From assembly GCF_006345805.1 (NCBI RefSeq), contig NW_021831284.1, forward strand, positions 496,001 to 560,000: DNA of 64,000 nt, written 5' to 3'. Numbering within the stretch: the first letter of the stretch is position 1; each line of letters begins with the position of its first letter. Source of the DNA: Octopus sinensis. Its lineage: Eukaryota. The notes under the pieces are model-generated. The model had not been told where the DNA came from. It saw nothing but the letters and a program-made list of their open reading frames with translations, and made no database searches. Both the position numbers and the translations under genes were made by a program. Below, one piece after another: positions 50,353 through 63,099 of the stretch.

Positions 50353-52272
50353 TTAAATAGATTGAGGTTCTTTGATAGATCTTTCCGTATTTTTCCTAGG
50401 AACAACCGTAGAGTTCAGTAATGCAGGATAGATACATTTCTGTACACTAGTAGCATTACAACTCTCATCAATCTGATTCCTGGTCTGAATAACCTTCAGG
50501 GTCCTCTAATATTATAAAAATAATCACAATCATACCACAGCCTCCATTCTTATATATTCACAATTACCCCGACACTCCGCATTATTAGCAAGCTCAACCA
50601 ACCTACCAACACCTCCAAAACTACAAATAAACAACCAACCATTCTTCTCATAAATAATCTTGGAAACCCCTCTACTCAAAGCCAATTTGCTCATAGTTCT
50701 TATCGATTTTTGAAGAACACGTGTAGTGGCCAGAAAGTTACATTCCACTTGCAAAGGATGTGGAGACTCAAAGAGATAAGCCAAAACAAGTGAAAGGCAG
50801 TCTGAGTGAATCATATATTCATGATAGCCTTGAATATTAGCCAACGAGACCATGAGACTGCATAACTGACATTATATTTAATTATATTTAACCCAATCTC
50901 GAATGTACACGTTCTTTCCAAGTAGACGGGTTTTACAGGCATTGACCATTATGGACAGACCGTCGGCCATGATTATGAATTCACCAAATTGATGGTCATA
51001 AATCACTATATTGGCCAAAGCGGATACACACATCGTAAAAATGTCATCAGCATACGAGCTTTGACATATTTCTTGATATATTATGAATATAACACAACCG
51101 ACTAGTCCTTCCACCACCACGGAGAGCGTGTCTATCATTGATCGACTCAGGATTATAGTAGATGTTGATTTCTCGTCAAAATTTGGAAAAAAGAGAGAAG
51201 AAATGGTCATTGCTGTCTCTAACTTGGCCACAAAACAATATTTTTCAGTCTCACGTACCAACACGGCAGCAGCACAGTCCAAAAACCCATTCTATAATAA
51301 ACAAACCTAAAATCCAACATTAAGTAGCACATTTCTAGATTCCGGGTATTTAGTAGAAAGGACACAAAATAACTTGATTACGGAATCTGCAATATTCCTA
51401 AGTGAATAACAAATTGAGATCAAAATTGGGATCCCACCATTCTATAGAGCTCGATTATTTAAATATCACCTTTACAATGGAAGGAGCGACGTCAGAACTG
51501 GTCCTGGAATGGCCGATTAATGTTTTTACAGCATTTTTAATCACCTCAGGCTGTCGGGACTCGGCCATAATTCGAATAATCGCCTTTTAAAAATAAATAC
51601 GATTTAAAACCGAAATAAGTGAATTTAGCCAAGAATCGACTGTCGCTTTATAAGAATTGACAATTTTTATGATCAGTTTGTCATACCACGTTAATAAATC
51701 TCCACTCGACACATTCCGGGCATGATTGGAAGATATTTTATCAATCAGTTCATTACAGGCTGCCAAACACTCGCCGTACATCTGACGGGTTATTTATGTG
51801 GCTAAACTCACTTTTTTGGCCTTTTCTAAGACAGTGGGATTATTTGGCTTTAAATTGCAGTTCATTTGTATTAAATTTGTGAATTTTGAACGGAATTCCA
51901 CAAGGATTGAGCCTGCTTTTATCATTTTGCTCTTTTTTATGTAACTGAGGATTAAAATAGGAGAATACCATTGGAATTGGTCCAAAGAATTGGAGCATGA
52001 TTGACTTGTAGAAAGACTATCTAATGAGGCTTATACTTTAAATAAAATAAAAGTACCCGAAATTGAATGAATGATTATAATAAAATTATTTTCTGATTTT
52101 ATTGGGAGCAATGATACGTTTAGCTTGATAAAGTCTTCTTCCAGTGGGTGGAACCGCAAATTATTAATAAATTTGATTAAAGATGGTGGAACACTAATAA
52201 AAATATGTCACATATTATATTGACAAACCTGATTTTATTATTTATATGTGAATTTGAACAATTTCCAGACAT
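50353..52272 (-). CDS. INSC: Inscuteable homologue (ARM-repeat spindle-orientation adaptor)
   Basis: SALANIVIYD, NVYIRDW, ATTRVLQKSIRTMSKLA and RLVELANNAECRGN are collinear with the recalled INSC C-terminal motifs AALANITFFD, TPYTRDQ, ACERVQQKAAVTLARLS and RLIELCRSPSERN. Confidence 0.75.
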
Positions 52273-52838
52273 AAAAAGAAATTTAAATGGCACCACTAAA
52301 ATAATTCTACCCCGCCAATAAATTTACAATCATTAAATTACTGAAATAAATAATATTAAATAAACACAAATAATTATATTTTTTTCTGGATTCACTTCGG
52401 GATTTTATAGTCCCAAAATTGACATATAATATTTAAATTTGGATATTTATAGCCACAAACCGACCTGTCAACAAATCATTTTTATAAGGACCGTTTGATA
52501 ATTAATGTGGTTTTTATTATTCGTTACTTGTTGGGACTCATATTTTTTAGCGTTATTCCTGAATTTTTAACATCCAGCAATTAGGATGTCTTGAAAACGA
52601 CTAGTTCGAAGGAGAAAAGTCTCCAAAGAAGAAGTTTTTTTTATTTCCTTAACGCTGTTGTCAGCAAGACACAACTCACTCATATTTGATCATATCACTC
52701 ATTTGTTTAATCAATTGACGTCATTAACAGCAATACTTAAAATCGGATAAATGTTATAAATCTATTACAAACTGATTGCATTAATAAAACATTACAATAA
52801 ATGAGTATAGTTAGCTCAACTTATAAATCAATATTTTA

Positions 52839-53627
52839 TTACGCTTTGGTTATGAATGTAGAAAAATTTATTTGTGTTTTCTCAGTTCTGTAGTTACAAT
52901 TTACAAATTTTTTCTCTGAACCTACTGCCACATAGTGACTGTTTGAAGTTAATTTGTCTACATCATTTATTATTTCTCCCGATAAAGAATAGATTCTTGA
53001 ATTAACATAAATAATATACTTTCTGACAGCTCCAGTTCTCATTTTTATTTCTTCATTAATTGCATCAAGACACATTTCAAGACTTTTTTGTGAACTTCCC
53101 CGTAAAATAACTTTTGAAGGTGTTCGGATACTGTTTCCGTTTTCATGAACACTTTAATATATATTTTCATTTACTAAATCAAAATTGGAAATTGTTCTGG
53201 TACGTTGATTCGACTTTTTATGGTTTGGTATTGCTTAGGAATCTGGTCATGAATAAATTGACTTTACTTTTGGTAATTTTTGAATTCTGACAGGATTGAT
53301 AGGCTGAGGTTTTTGGTCTTCTATATGGTATCTATAATTACGATTACATATATGTTAGCACTCAATTTTAATAAACTTAGACATATTTCCAGCAACATAA
53401 ACTTTGCCATTTTCAATTTGAGAAAGTTTTTTTACTTGGTGACCATTTATCGGGGTCATTATTTTCCGAACACATCCCCAAATAGGCAGGATGCGTTCTG
53501 TAAGATTATTTAGGAGTATATCCATGTTCCTGATCTGTCTTGGATTGACAACGATTTTATGTTTATAGAAGGAATCTCCATTTCTGTAGACTGTAATTCT
53601 TTTTGTAACCAAAGTTTGATTTGTCAT
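52839..53627 (-). CDS. Tandem doublecortin-domain protein (DCDC2/RP1-like)
   Basis: KRITVYRNGDSF...LTERI...GCVRKIMTP.NGH...L..GKVYVAG, and a second repeat HENGN...TGAVR..IYSLSG...YVAVGSEKKF. Confidence 0.88.
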
Positions 53628-54313
53628 TGATATTAATTTAGGTTTATAATCACTATGACAATTATTGGTGCTCTTGTATTTAAGATAATAAATTATAAAG
53701 GTAAATTAAAATTAATTATATTCAGTTGTAAAATTTTTTTAAACCAAAAAAAAGTTCTGTTAAAAAAGTCGAAATTTAAAATCAATTTTCTAAAGAAAAT
53801 TTTTTAAAATTTAACGGAAACATAATTATTAAAACAATCAATGAAATGTACTTAATTGTTGTATCATTAACACGAATATATCAGTAATCGGCACATCAGA
53901 ACTCTTTATGCATTTGAACTTTTATTTACTTTCTAGCGTGTAAAATAGTACGAAAAAACAACGCTAGTCGAAAAAGTCTGTTGCTTATATCAAAAGCGAG
54001 TTCCTTCGAAATCTTGATAATAAATTACATTAATTAAAAAAATTTCCTATAAATACAGACAAGGAATAATATCATTCAAAAACCAAGAAAATTAAAAAAA
54101 TGTTCACGATTTAGTATAAAATTAAATGAGTCTGGACAATACTTAGGAAAATATCAAAATCTTTCCCAAATTAATCATACACAAAATTTATAAATAGACT
54201 TCAAAACATATCTTAAATTGTATGATCAATTTACTTTACAAAAAAGTGCAAAAACTAAACCGAGAATCAAATAAAAAATTAAAAGCCATATATTGAACAA
54301 TCAAGAAAACTAA

Positions 54314-56273
54314 CTAAAGTTCTTCAGAAGCTGGATTAGGTTGAGCGGATGCAAATTTGGAAGTGATAGGATGAACAACAGACTCGAATTCAGAAAGACG
54401 TTTTTTGATTTCATCAGCCGAAGCATTTCTATTCGAGTTAAGCCAATCCAAAGCACTAGTGGCTTCAGTTTCCAAAGTTTTTTTGTCTTCAACACTCAAT
54501 TTCCCACCCAATTTTGAATCATCTTTCAACTGTGCGCTGAGCTGATAGGCAGAAGCCTCGAATCTTTGGAAGGATTCAGTCCTTTCCTTGAACAGACGAT
54601 CTTCCTCAGCAAATTCGACCTCATCCCTGATCATTTTATCAATCTCCTCTTTCGAAAGACGGTCAGCACTTGAATCGATGACAAGGGACTGAGAAGAGTT
54701 TGAGGACTTGTCAACAGCACTGACTGTGAGAATCCCATTCACGTCAATTTCAAAAGTGACCTCAATTTGAGGAGTTCCTCGAGGGGCGGGCGGGATTCCT
54801 GAAAGGTGGAAATTCCCAATCTTCTTGTTGAACTTGGTCTGATCTCTCTCTCCTTGAAACACAAGGATATCAACACCCGGCTGATTGTCCACAGCTGTAG
54901 TAAACGTATTTTGACGTTTTGTGGGAATGACAGTATTTTTTTGAATTAGTTTGTGCATCACTCCTCCCATAGTTTCAATTCCAAGTGAAAGGGGTGTCAC
55001 ATCCAGCAAGACCATGTCCGAACCCTCACCAGAAAGCACTCCTGCTTGAATGGCAGCCCCAAATGCGACTGCCTCGTCAGGATTAACTCCTCGGGCTGGC
55101 TCCATTCCGTTGAAGAAATTCTTGACCAATGCTTGAATGTGAGGAATTCGGGTTGATCCGCCAACAAGAATCACTTCGTCCACATCCGAAGCTTTAAGTC
55201 CAGCATCATCGAGTACTGTTTGGACCGGAATTAACGTTTTCTTGAATAGTTCAATGTTCAATTGCTCAAATCGAGCTCTGGACAGAACTTCAGAAAAGTC
55301 AGTTTGTTGGAAAAGGTCTTCTATTTCAAGAGTCGCTTGATGTTGAGAGGAAAGCGTTCTTTTTGCCTTTTCTACTTCTCTTCTCAGTTTTTGCATGGCT
55401 TTTAAATCCGAACGAATATCACCCCCTGACTTCTTTTTGATAACTTTGATGAAATATTCCATCACGTTCTGATCAAAGTCCTCCCCTCCCAAATGAGTGT
55501 CCCCATTTGTGGCCAACACTTCAAATACCCCCTCATCGATGGTCAAAAGTGTCACATCGAAGGTCCCGCCTCCCAAATCGTAGACCAAAACATTCCTTTC
55601 TTTCATTTTCTTATCCACTCCATAGGCAATAGCCGCCGCAGTTGGTTCGTTTATTATCCTCAAAACATTCAATCCTGCGATGGTTCCTGCATCTTTGGTG
55701 GCCTGTCTTTGAGCGTCGTTGAAATATGCAGGCACAGTCACAATGGCCTCCTTAACTTCCTGTCCCAAATACTTTTCCGCGATTTCCTTCATTTTTGATA
55801 ACACCATTCCAGAAATCTCCTCAGGGGTGTACAATTTCTCATCAATTTGAACATAAAGACGGTCATTTTTGTTTATTAGCTATTATTTTAAACTATAAAT
55901 TATAACTTTATAGGGCAATTTAGTCATATCGCTCTGGACTGTTGAATCCGTGTACTTTCGGCCCATTAGTCGTTTCACGTCAAAAATTGTGTTTTCTGGG
56001 TTTAAAGCCACTTGGTTTTTTGCTGCGTCTCCGATCAGTCTTTCCCCTGTCTTTGTGAAGGCTACGTAGGATGGAGTGATTCTATTTCCTTGTTCGTTTG
56101 GCATTATTTCTACTTTTCCGTCTCGATATATTCCAACACTAGGAAATATTGGATGGAGTTTATTACCATGAATAAGTTGTTCCCAAGTCTATTCCTATCA
56201 CTATGTTAGAAGATTTGTTAGAGGAGGATGATAAAGTCCATAATAATGAGGAAAATAAGAGGTAAGACAACAT
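54314..56273 (-). CDS. HSPA5: ER Hsp70 chaperone BiP/GRP78
   Basis: Signal peptide, [54 protein letters not shown], and C-terminal SEEL. Only two introns, both near the 5' end. Confidence 0.96.
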
Positions 56274-56298
56274 CACTGTAATTTATCGCAAATTTCGC

Positions 56299-56353
56299 TT
56301 ATATAGTCAACAACAAGTGACACGTAGGAATATACGTGCTGCTCTCTGATTGG
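56299..56353 (-). promoter_or_regulatory. BiP promoter with ERSE-like CCAAT-N9-GCACG, an ACGTGTCA bZIP site and a TATA box
   Basis: The minus strand reads ccaat-cagagagca-gcacg (56353-56335), tacgtgtca (56326-56318) and tatataa (56305-56299), 26-80 nt upstream of the ATG. Confidence 0.7.
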
Positions 56354-57373
56354 TCAATTCAAATATAATTATTTATTATCATTAATTTTAAATTATTAAA
56401 AAATATTATAACTTGATAAAGACATCTATTTATAAATTAAAATTTTGATTTCCAATTTGATGGTCAACCCTATCATTAGTCAATATGTGCAGTGGATTGT
56501 TACTATAAAAAGTTCTAAAAAATCTACGACTGTCCCCGACACACTCTGAGTCACTTTAATGAATGACCCGTATCTAAAATGACGTAATACCCCAACAATA
56601 AATATCGAGTCTGGACGTCTTTGGTCAAATCCAAGGCATCGAGTGACCCCATTCCGCAGATTTCATTCCTACTCGCAGACAATCCACACCTGCATTGATG
56701 AGGCTAATGACCTGGAGACAGTCACCACTGTTTCATTGGCACAATATTTTACCATTTCCTCCAATCATCCTATTTTACTAAAAGTAAAGATATTTTTGTA
56801 AAACTACTACAAATTCTCTCTGACTATGGATTTGAATTAAGTATGCTTGTATGTTTGTGCACCGATAGTACTTCTCGTTTTTTTACTTATACGAACCTTG
56901 CAAAACTTACACTTAGATAATGATTCAGGATTCAAGAATGTCTCTCTAAGAAATCTATGCTATTTTGAAAATTCAGAGATTTCTTCAAATTTAGACTCAA
57001 TTGAAAATTCAACTATTTTAACTTAGAATTTATGCTTAAGCGATTCTAATTTTAAAATTCCCAAAAACAATGAATAGGAAAATCAATATTCACAATATTA
57101 AATATGAATTTACTGTTAAAGATAAAGTTTAGATAAAAAAGTGGATAGGTTCAAATTAAAAAACATTTCGGAATGAACACATCGTGGCGGCTGAATGAAT
57201 ACAAGTCCCCATTCTATCTGGCTGCTGAAATAATTAACATTATTTCAAATATTCGAGTCGAGGTAAATCAATCATTCTTTATTTAATAGATTAAATATAC
57301 TAAAAGAGAGGTTTATACGTTACTAATGACAAGACTAACATTATTAATAAAAAGAAACTAATTAATTGCCTAT

Positions 57374-58521
57374 TTAAGTCCAGAGCCTTTTAAGTGAACA
57401 GAGAATGGCACTCTACGAACCTCCTCCCCTTCTTCCTTCCTTCTCTTCTCTGGCACTGTAGACCATCGAGAAAGTGTAGTCCATCGCCTTTCGCTAACGT
57501 CAGGGAAGGAGTGGATCGGCGAGCATCAAACAAGACAATCTCCAAACCCCTCTCCTAACCGACTCATTGTCCATAAGTTTCATGAGGCAGTGGAGTGGCA
57601 TTTAAACAGGCACTGCTGTGGGGACGACAGGATGTCTCAAAGCAGCCCAAGCGATGTTGATCGAGGAATGCGCGGAATGACTTAATACGCGATTCAAGGC
57701 GAATTTCGTCCTAAGTAAATTGCCTTTGCCGAAGGTCCAGAGTTTCAAGACCAAACGAGTGCCACTTCAGGGACGCCGATGATAACTCGAAATGCACGTA
57801 ATGTTTGAAGTCAGTTAAAAGAACTGTGCCCATGAGTTTCTGGCATAAAGAAAGTCACGAAAGGTACGCAAGTAGTGCGACATCATTCGGTACCAAAGTC
57901 CGAGGCTTCCGTGGCGTATAAGGAGAATCAAATTCAACATTGCATATTGATAGGAAGTTTCCAAAATCAGTTATGATGTTTTTATGCAGAAACCATAGTG
58001 CGCTTTTGAGAGAGTAAAGCAATTTGCGAAGGGCAAAAAAGTTTTTGGCAAAAAACAAGCCGACGTAGCTGTCCAACATTGTGAGGCTGGTCAAAAAACG
58101 GATGAGTTTGGAATGTTTAATACGAAAATCAGATTCAATAACGGTTGATAGAATATGGGATTCGAGAATCGCTGACATCAGTCGCTGACATCAGTCGTGT
58201 GTACTTGACAAAGACAAGTGCGGAGGGACGATAGTAGTTGGCCAAAGCATTCATGACCAAGGTGACAGGCTGATTGCGGAAGAGTTCGGTTGTCTCCCCT
58301 CGGATCGACAGGCATTCTCCCGGCCTTTGTTTGGGTTCTGGTAATTTTACTGTATGCTGTCCAAAATTTGGGGTATTTTGGATTGAACATTTTTGATTGG
58401 CGTAACCAATCACGTTCTTTTTCAGTTTGAGTTGTCTGACAAAGTGTTTTTCAATGGTTCTTATTATTTCTTTCAGTAGAGTTCTATCTAGGAGATCCAA
58501 GTATCTTTTAAGCTTCGACAT
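57374..58521 (-). pseudogene. Unassigned intronless gene family, copy 2 (broken)
   Basis: GC-richer ORFs 58135-58521 and 57855-58178 continue through stops to 57374. A 14-nt tandem duplication (tcgctgacatcag) near 58169-58196 shifts the frame. It shares motifs with 4324-6640. Confidence 0.5.
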
Positions 58522-59449
58522 AAGTCAATTTTTTAAGCAAAAAATTTTAGACTCCGGAACTATTTGGGATTTTTTGTTTTGAGTTGATTTGTTGATAGTA
58601 CTTCTCCAAGAAACTGCTCAATAGACTTCTAATGCAGTCCTCTGCTCTAATAAAGAATGGGTTAAAAAGAATACACGATTTACATTATAAAAATTATAAA
58701 AGCTATCAAAAATAATTATCATTATAAAAATAGGCGTTCAATGACTTATTTGCCCCACTGTATTCTATCAAAAAAATATGAAAAACAAACAGAATTGTGT
58801 TTTAATTAATTAAAATAATGTTTTTTTCATTAATAAATTATTTTAATTTTTAGTTACCCAATTATTAATAGAAAACCTAATAAATTATTGCACGTGTGAG
58901 CACGTTGTTGACATTCCTTGTTGTATTGTTACATTATTTGATCGTTCTTTGTTTTTTTATTTAATTGGATTAGAAGGAATATTTTGCGATGTAGTTTCTT
59001 TTAATGGATAAATTATCTGAAATTTCATCATTTTGTAATATTTGCGAGATTATTCTTTCAATCTGTTTATTCCACTTATTTTGAAATCTTCTTTATATTT
59101 ATCTATTGAATTTTACGCTATTTTTTGATAGAAAGTTCTATTCTTTATATTCTTATAGTAGATTTTTATTTATTTGTTCCTGGATTTTTTTAAAAGCGTG
59201 AGCTGCTTTTTTAAATTTTTCAAAATATTATTTTATTTTTAATTTGAATGGTAATTTATCCAACCGCAACGAAGGGTTTGTTCCATAATCTTTTTTAACT
59301 CGAACCTATCTATAATTTTTTATCTAAACTTTGTCTCCGACACTAAATTCGTATTTTCTATTGATCCAATAACGCAGCTGTTACATCATTAATCAGAATA
59401 AGTATGTATTGTCCATCTTAAAGTTCAACACCGTATTTCAACGTGCATT

Positions 59450-60085
59450 CGAAAATAACGCGAATGTAGTTTTGGGCCACAAACGGACTTGAAAGGCTTC
59501 AAAGCGACAATCAATTATGTGTCTTGAACTTGCATAAAGCATCAAAGATATCACAGGCTGTGTTTTACGACTTTTGCTTCAGGCGAAATGTCAGTGTCCA
59601 TTTTCTTTCCTATTCATTGCCTTATAGTAGGCTGAGTTTCCACCACAGATTATATGGCAAGTTTATATAAGTTATACATACAAGTAATTGGTCTCAAATC
59701 TTTGGGTATTTGACAAATATCTTTCTTTGGGATGAGATATGTGATTCCAGTGTAGAACCACTCATCCGGTGTGTATTCACCATTATTATCTTGATGTAAT
59801 TTTTTTATAAAGAAATTATACACCCCATCACATCCGCTAACTCTCCAGTCTGGGAGTTGTTTAATTATTTCAAGGATGCTTTCTTTACTAAATTCTGCAA
59901 ATGTACCCTGTGTCCATGTCACTCTTTTGTTAGTCTGTAACACACTATCACTACTTCATTTTTACTCCATATTGTTTTTCCATTCAGTGTCATTAAACAT
60001 AAACTCTGCACTCTTTCTTTCATCATTTAAAGTGCGATAGAAACAACGCCGATTCAGTTCAAAGAACCAATTCTGCTTCCGGAAT
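59450..60085 (-). mobile_element. R4/Dong-like non-LTR reverse transcriptase fragment
   Basis: LPDWRVSGCDGVYNFFIKKL...PDEWFYTGITYLIPKK...LRPITCMYNLYKL. Confidence 0.75.
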
Positions 60086-60089
60086 CTGG

Positions 60090-62585
60090 CCGAGTGTAAC
60101 GAGTGAGAAGAGTTTTCTCAGAGTGTTTAGTGGTATCACAGTACTGAGGTTTTGTTGGCTTTTTGTATCGGGATGAGTGTGCCTGAGCCCAATGGGAGTA
60201 GGTCAATGGTTGCGAACATTTAATTGAGAGAGGTCGTCAGTTTTTCCATGAGTAGTTTTGGAGCATACTTGATCAGTTCTGCATTGATATTGTCACTTCC
60301 AGCTGCCCGACAATTCTTATGCTTCTTAACAGCTTGGATGACCTCCTCAACTGCGATTGGCTTATTGAGAGGTGCTGATATGCATGTAAGGGGGTCAATA
60401 TCGTCAGTGTTCAGATTAAATTGATGTTCGAAGTGATCAGAAATTATTTCGGCTTGCTCAGCAGGCTTGTAGATGGTTTTTCCCATGCCATCGGTAATTT
60501 TGAGTTTGGTGGGTTTTCTTCTTTTGAGAAGAAGCATGGCTTGAAATATTTGTGCGCCGTCCTTGAGCCCTTTCATTTCGTTTAGAAAGGTTTCCAGAGT
60601 GTCTACAGTCGGCTCCAGAGTTGCCTGACGGTTTAGTTTCTTAATGAGTCGTTGTATTCTGGCACGTCCCCTCTTCAGTGCCTGTTTGTTATTATGATCG
60701 TTCTTGTTTTCGATTTTGAGCTTTAGAATCTAAAGCTCAGTTTTATAAAGATATCTTTACTTGCAACTATCGTGCATTGGTACCAGTTCGAGAAACTCTT
60801 CATAAATATTAAAATCTGAATCACAGGCTCTAAAAAAGATTGCTAATTGTGCAATTCCAACGACGTCAACTGTTTCATCGATTGCAATTGAAAAATATTC
60901 GAATTTTAACAAATCAGACTTTAATTGGTGTTTCAAATTCAATGCCATTTCATTAATGTGTTCGGCAACAGTATTTCTTGTTAATATCTTTAAACAAGTG
61001 GGCGTCGTCTGGACAAATAATATTCGCTGTTTTTACAAGGCATTGCTTAATGAAATCACCATCACAATATTATTTTCCATTTACTGCAAGCATTCTGCTG
61101 ATTTCATAGCTTCCAGTGACTAATGCAGTACTTCGATTATGATTTTTTTGAAATGAGTTTTTAACGCAGATAAATTTTTTCGCAATTCATTTAGCATTGA
61201 AACACGCATTGGACGTTCTTGGTTAATAAGCAACTTAATACCTTCGAAATAAATTTATGATAAATGATTAGATTGATAATGCCCCTTTAGGTTGTATTCT
61301 TTCGGTATATCGATAAACTTGTTACATATCAATAGAGAAGTTCCCATTTATCTTGAAACACTCTCCGTTCATCTTTCAAGCACCGTTTCTTTTTTATTCC
61401 AGAAGAAGCACGTGACATTAACAAACACGATTTAAAAATACAATTAAAAAATTTAATTAAATGTAAAAAAATAAAAAATAATTTTTTGCATTTTATAGCC
61501 ATTAAATCAGACCGCACTTATGTTTGGCAAAGTACGCTGAGGGCCGCATGTTTGACACCCCTGCTTTAGATCCTTTTGCTCAACGATTACCGCCCGGGTG
61601 GCAACATTTTCCAGACTGATTATTATTTGGTTTCTTCATAATGGACTCGTCAGCAGCAGTATGGATACCATTCTTAATGGACTCCCATGTGTTCATCGAG
61701 GAGAGACCCGTTCCTATACAAGAGATATAGCTCCCCAATAATTTTTGATAGTTTTCCCGAGTAAGGGAGGAGTACAACAGTTTTTCCGCGATATATCTTT
61801 TCCTTGTAGCAAATGGGCGTCTTCGCGCGTTGAGGGGCACATGGTGTTTCTTGAAACGTCCAACGACCATTTTGTGATCACTGTCAACCCAAGATTCTCC
61901 ATATGATCGGGAGTCAAATAAGGCAGCCTTATTGGCCTGTCGACAAAGAATATAATCGATTTGGTTGTAGATTTATGTAGTTTCACCGACCCCATTTGTT
62001 CTACTTTTAGTCCATGTGGTCCGATGTGCGTGCAACGTGGATGAAAGTTGTGATACACAAAAATAGTGAAAAGGTCTCACAGAAATGGACCAGAAGAGTC
62101 CCCGGAAAGTGTGCGGATGCCAATTTTGGCATTCCAATCCCCCGCGATGAATAGAGTGGACGAATCCTCCAGACTTGTGAGTGTCCTACCTACTTCCTCG
62201 TAAAAGGAGTCTAGTTCGTCGAGATTCTTGGCAATCCTACCACTTTGAGGAGCATAAACATTAATGATATACGCATTCCAGACTTGCGTTCGGTACTTAT
62301 TTGTAGTACAGATATTCGATCCAGCATCGATGAATACAAGTAGATAAGTGTTTATGTGGCACAAAGCCTTGGCCATAGTTCCTGCATTTTAGAGGGCAGC
62401 AGAATAAGGCGATAGTCCCCATCGACTTGGTCATCCCAGAGTTTCACTTTGTTTTCTTGTAGACATCCAACCGAGATCCTGTATTTCTTCAATGCGTGTT
62501 GTTTTCAAGTCGATTTAAGGCCTCTTACATTGAAAGACATAATAGACAGTTCATATGATTGTTTTGCTTGTGTTATATCAGACAT
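60090..62585 (-). mobile_element. RTE-like LINE (APE endonuclease plus start of RT), split by a hAT insertion
   Basis: SIMSFNVRGL, GCLQE, INVYAPQ, IAGDWNAKIG, NQIDYIL, DHKMVV, and EEVIQAVKKHKNCRAAGSDNINAELIKY. Confidence 0.88.
60740..61563 (-). mobile_element. hAT (SPIN/Charlie-like) transposon with one intact end
   Basis: Terminal caggggtgtcaaacatgcggccc at 61563; ERRVFQDKWE; FSIAIDETVDVVGIAQLAIF.R...IYEEFLELVPMH. The other end is missing. Confidence 0.88.
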
Positions 62586-62636
62586 TGAAAATAGAGGGTT
62601 GTCTCCACCTCAACCGATGTGACCAATCACGCCATT

Positions 62637-63018
62637 ACCATAAGGAACGGTTTCTGATTAAAAACTTGTTTCTTAAAAAAAAATTATCCTGGAAATTCGG
62701 TGAAATATCATCGTTTTTTAGTGAAAACTTGACACGAGACTCTTGATATCTGCATCTGTAAGGTTTCTTTGAACTGTCATATCGACCTTGGTTCCTGTTA
62801 CTGTCGATCGCAAAATTACGTAGGTATTGAATATTTTCATTGCTGTCTTTAATTGAAACGACAATCCATTTTTTGATAAAAAGACGTGCAACGTGACTGC
62901 GACAGCTTGGGGAAAACCATCCAGCATTGACTCTAAAGTCGAAAACAAGAACTTTTAACCGGTGTTCTTCCTCACCATAAGGAACGGTTTCTGATTCAAA
63001 ACTTGTTTCTTAAAAAAA
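62637..63018. repeat. 45-bp direct repeat pair (62637-62681 and 62974-63018)
   Basis: accataaggaacggtttctgatt(a/c)aaaacttgtttcttaaaaaaa occurs twice with one mismatch. Confidence 0.85.
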
Positions 63019-63099
63019 TTTGTGACAAATAATTTCTTTTAAGTTGTCTTTTAAAATGTCATGTTGACGAGCCGCGTGGCACTTGTTAAATCTGGTATG

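Noticed and set aside
55493-55798. Antisense ORFs over BiP and over CRE copies (for example 11969-12451)
   Set aside because: They are shadows of GC-richer coding sequence on the other strand with no recognisable motifs.
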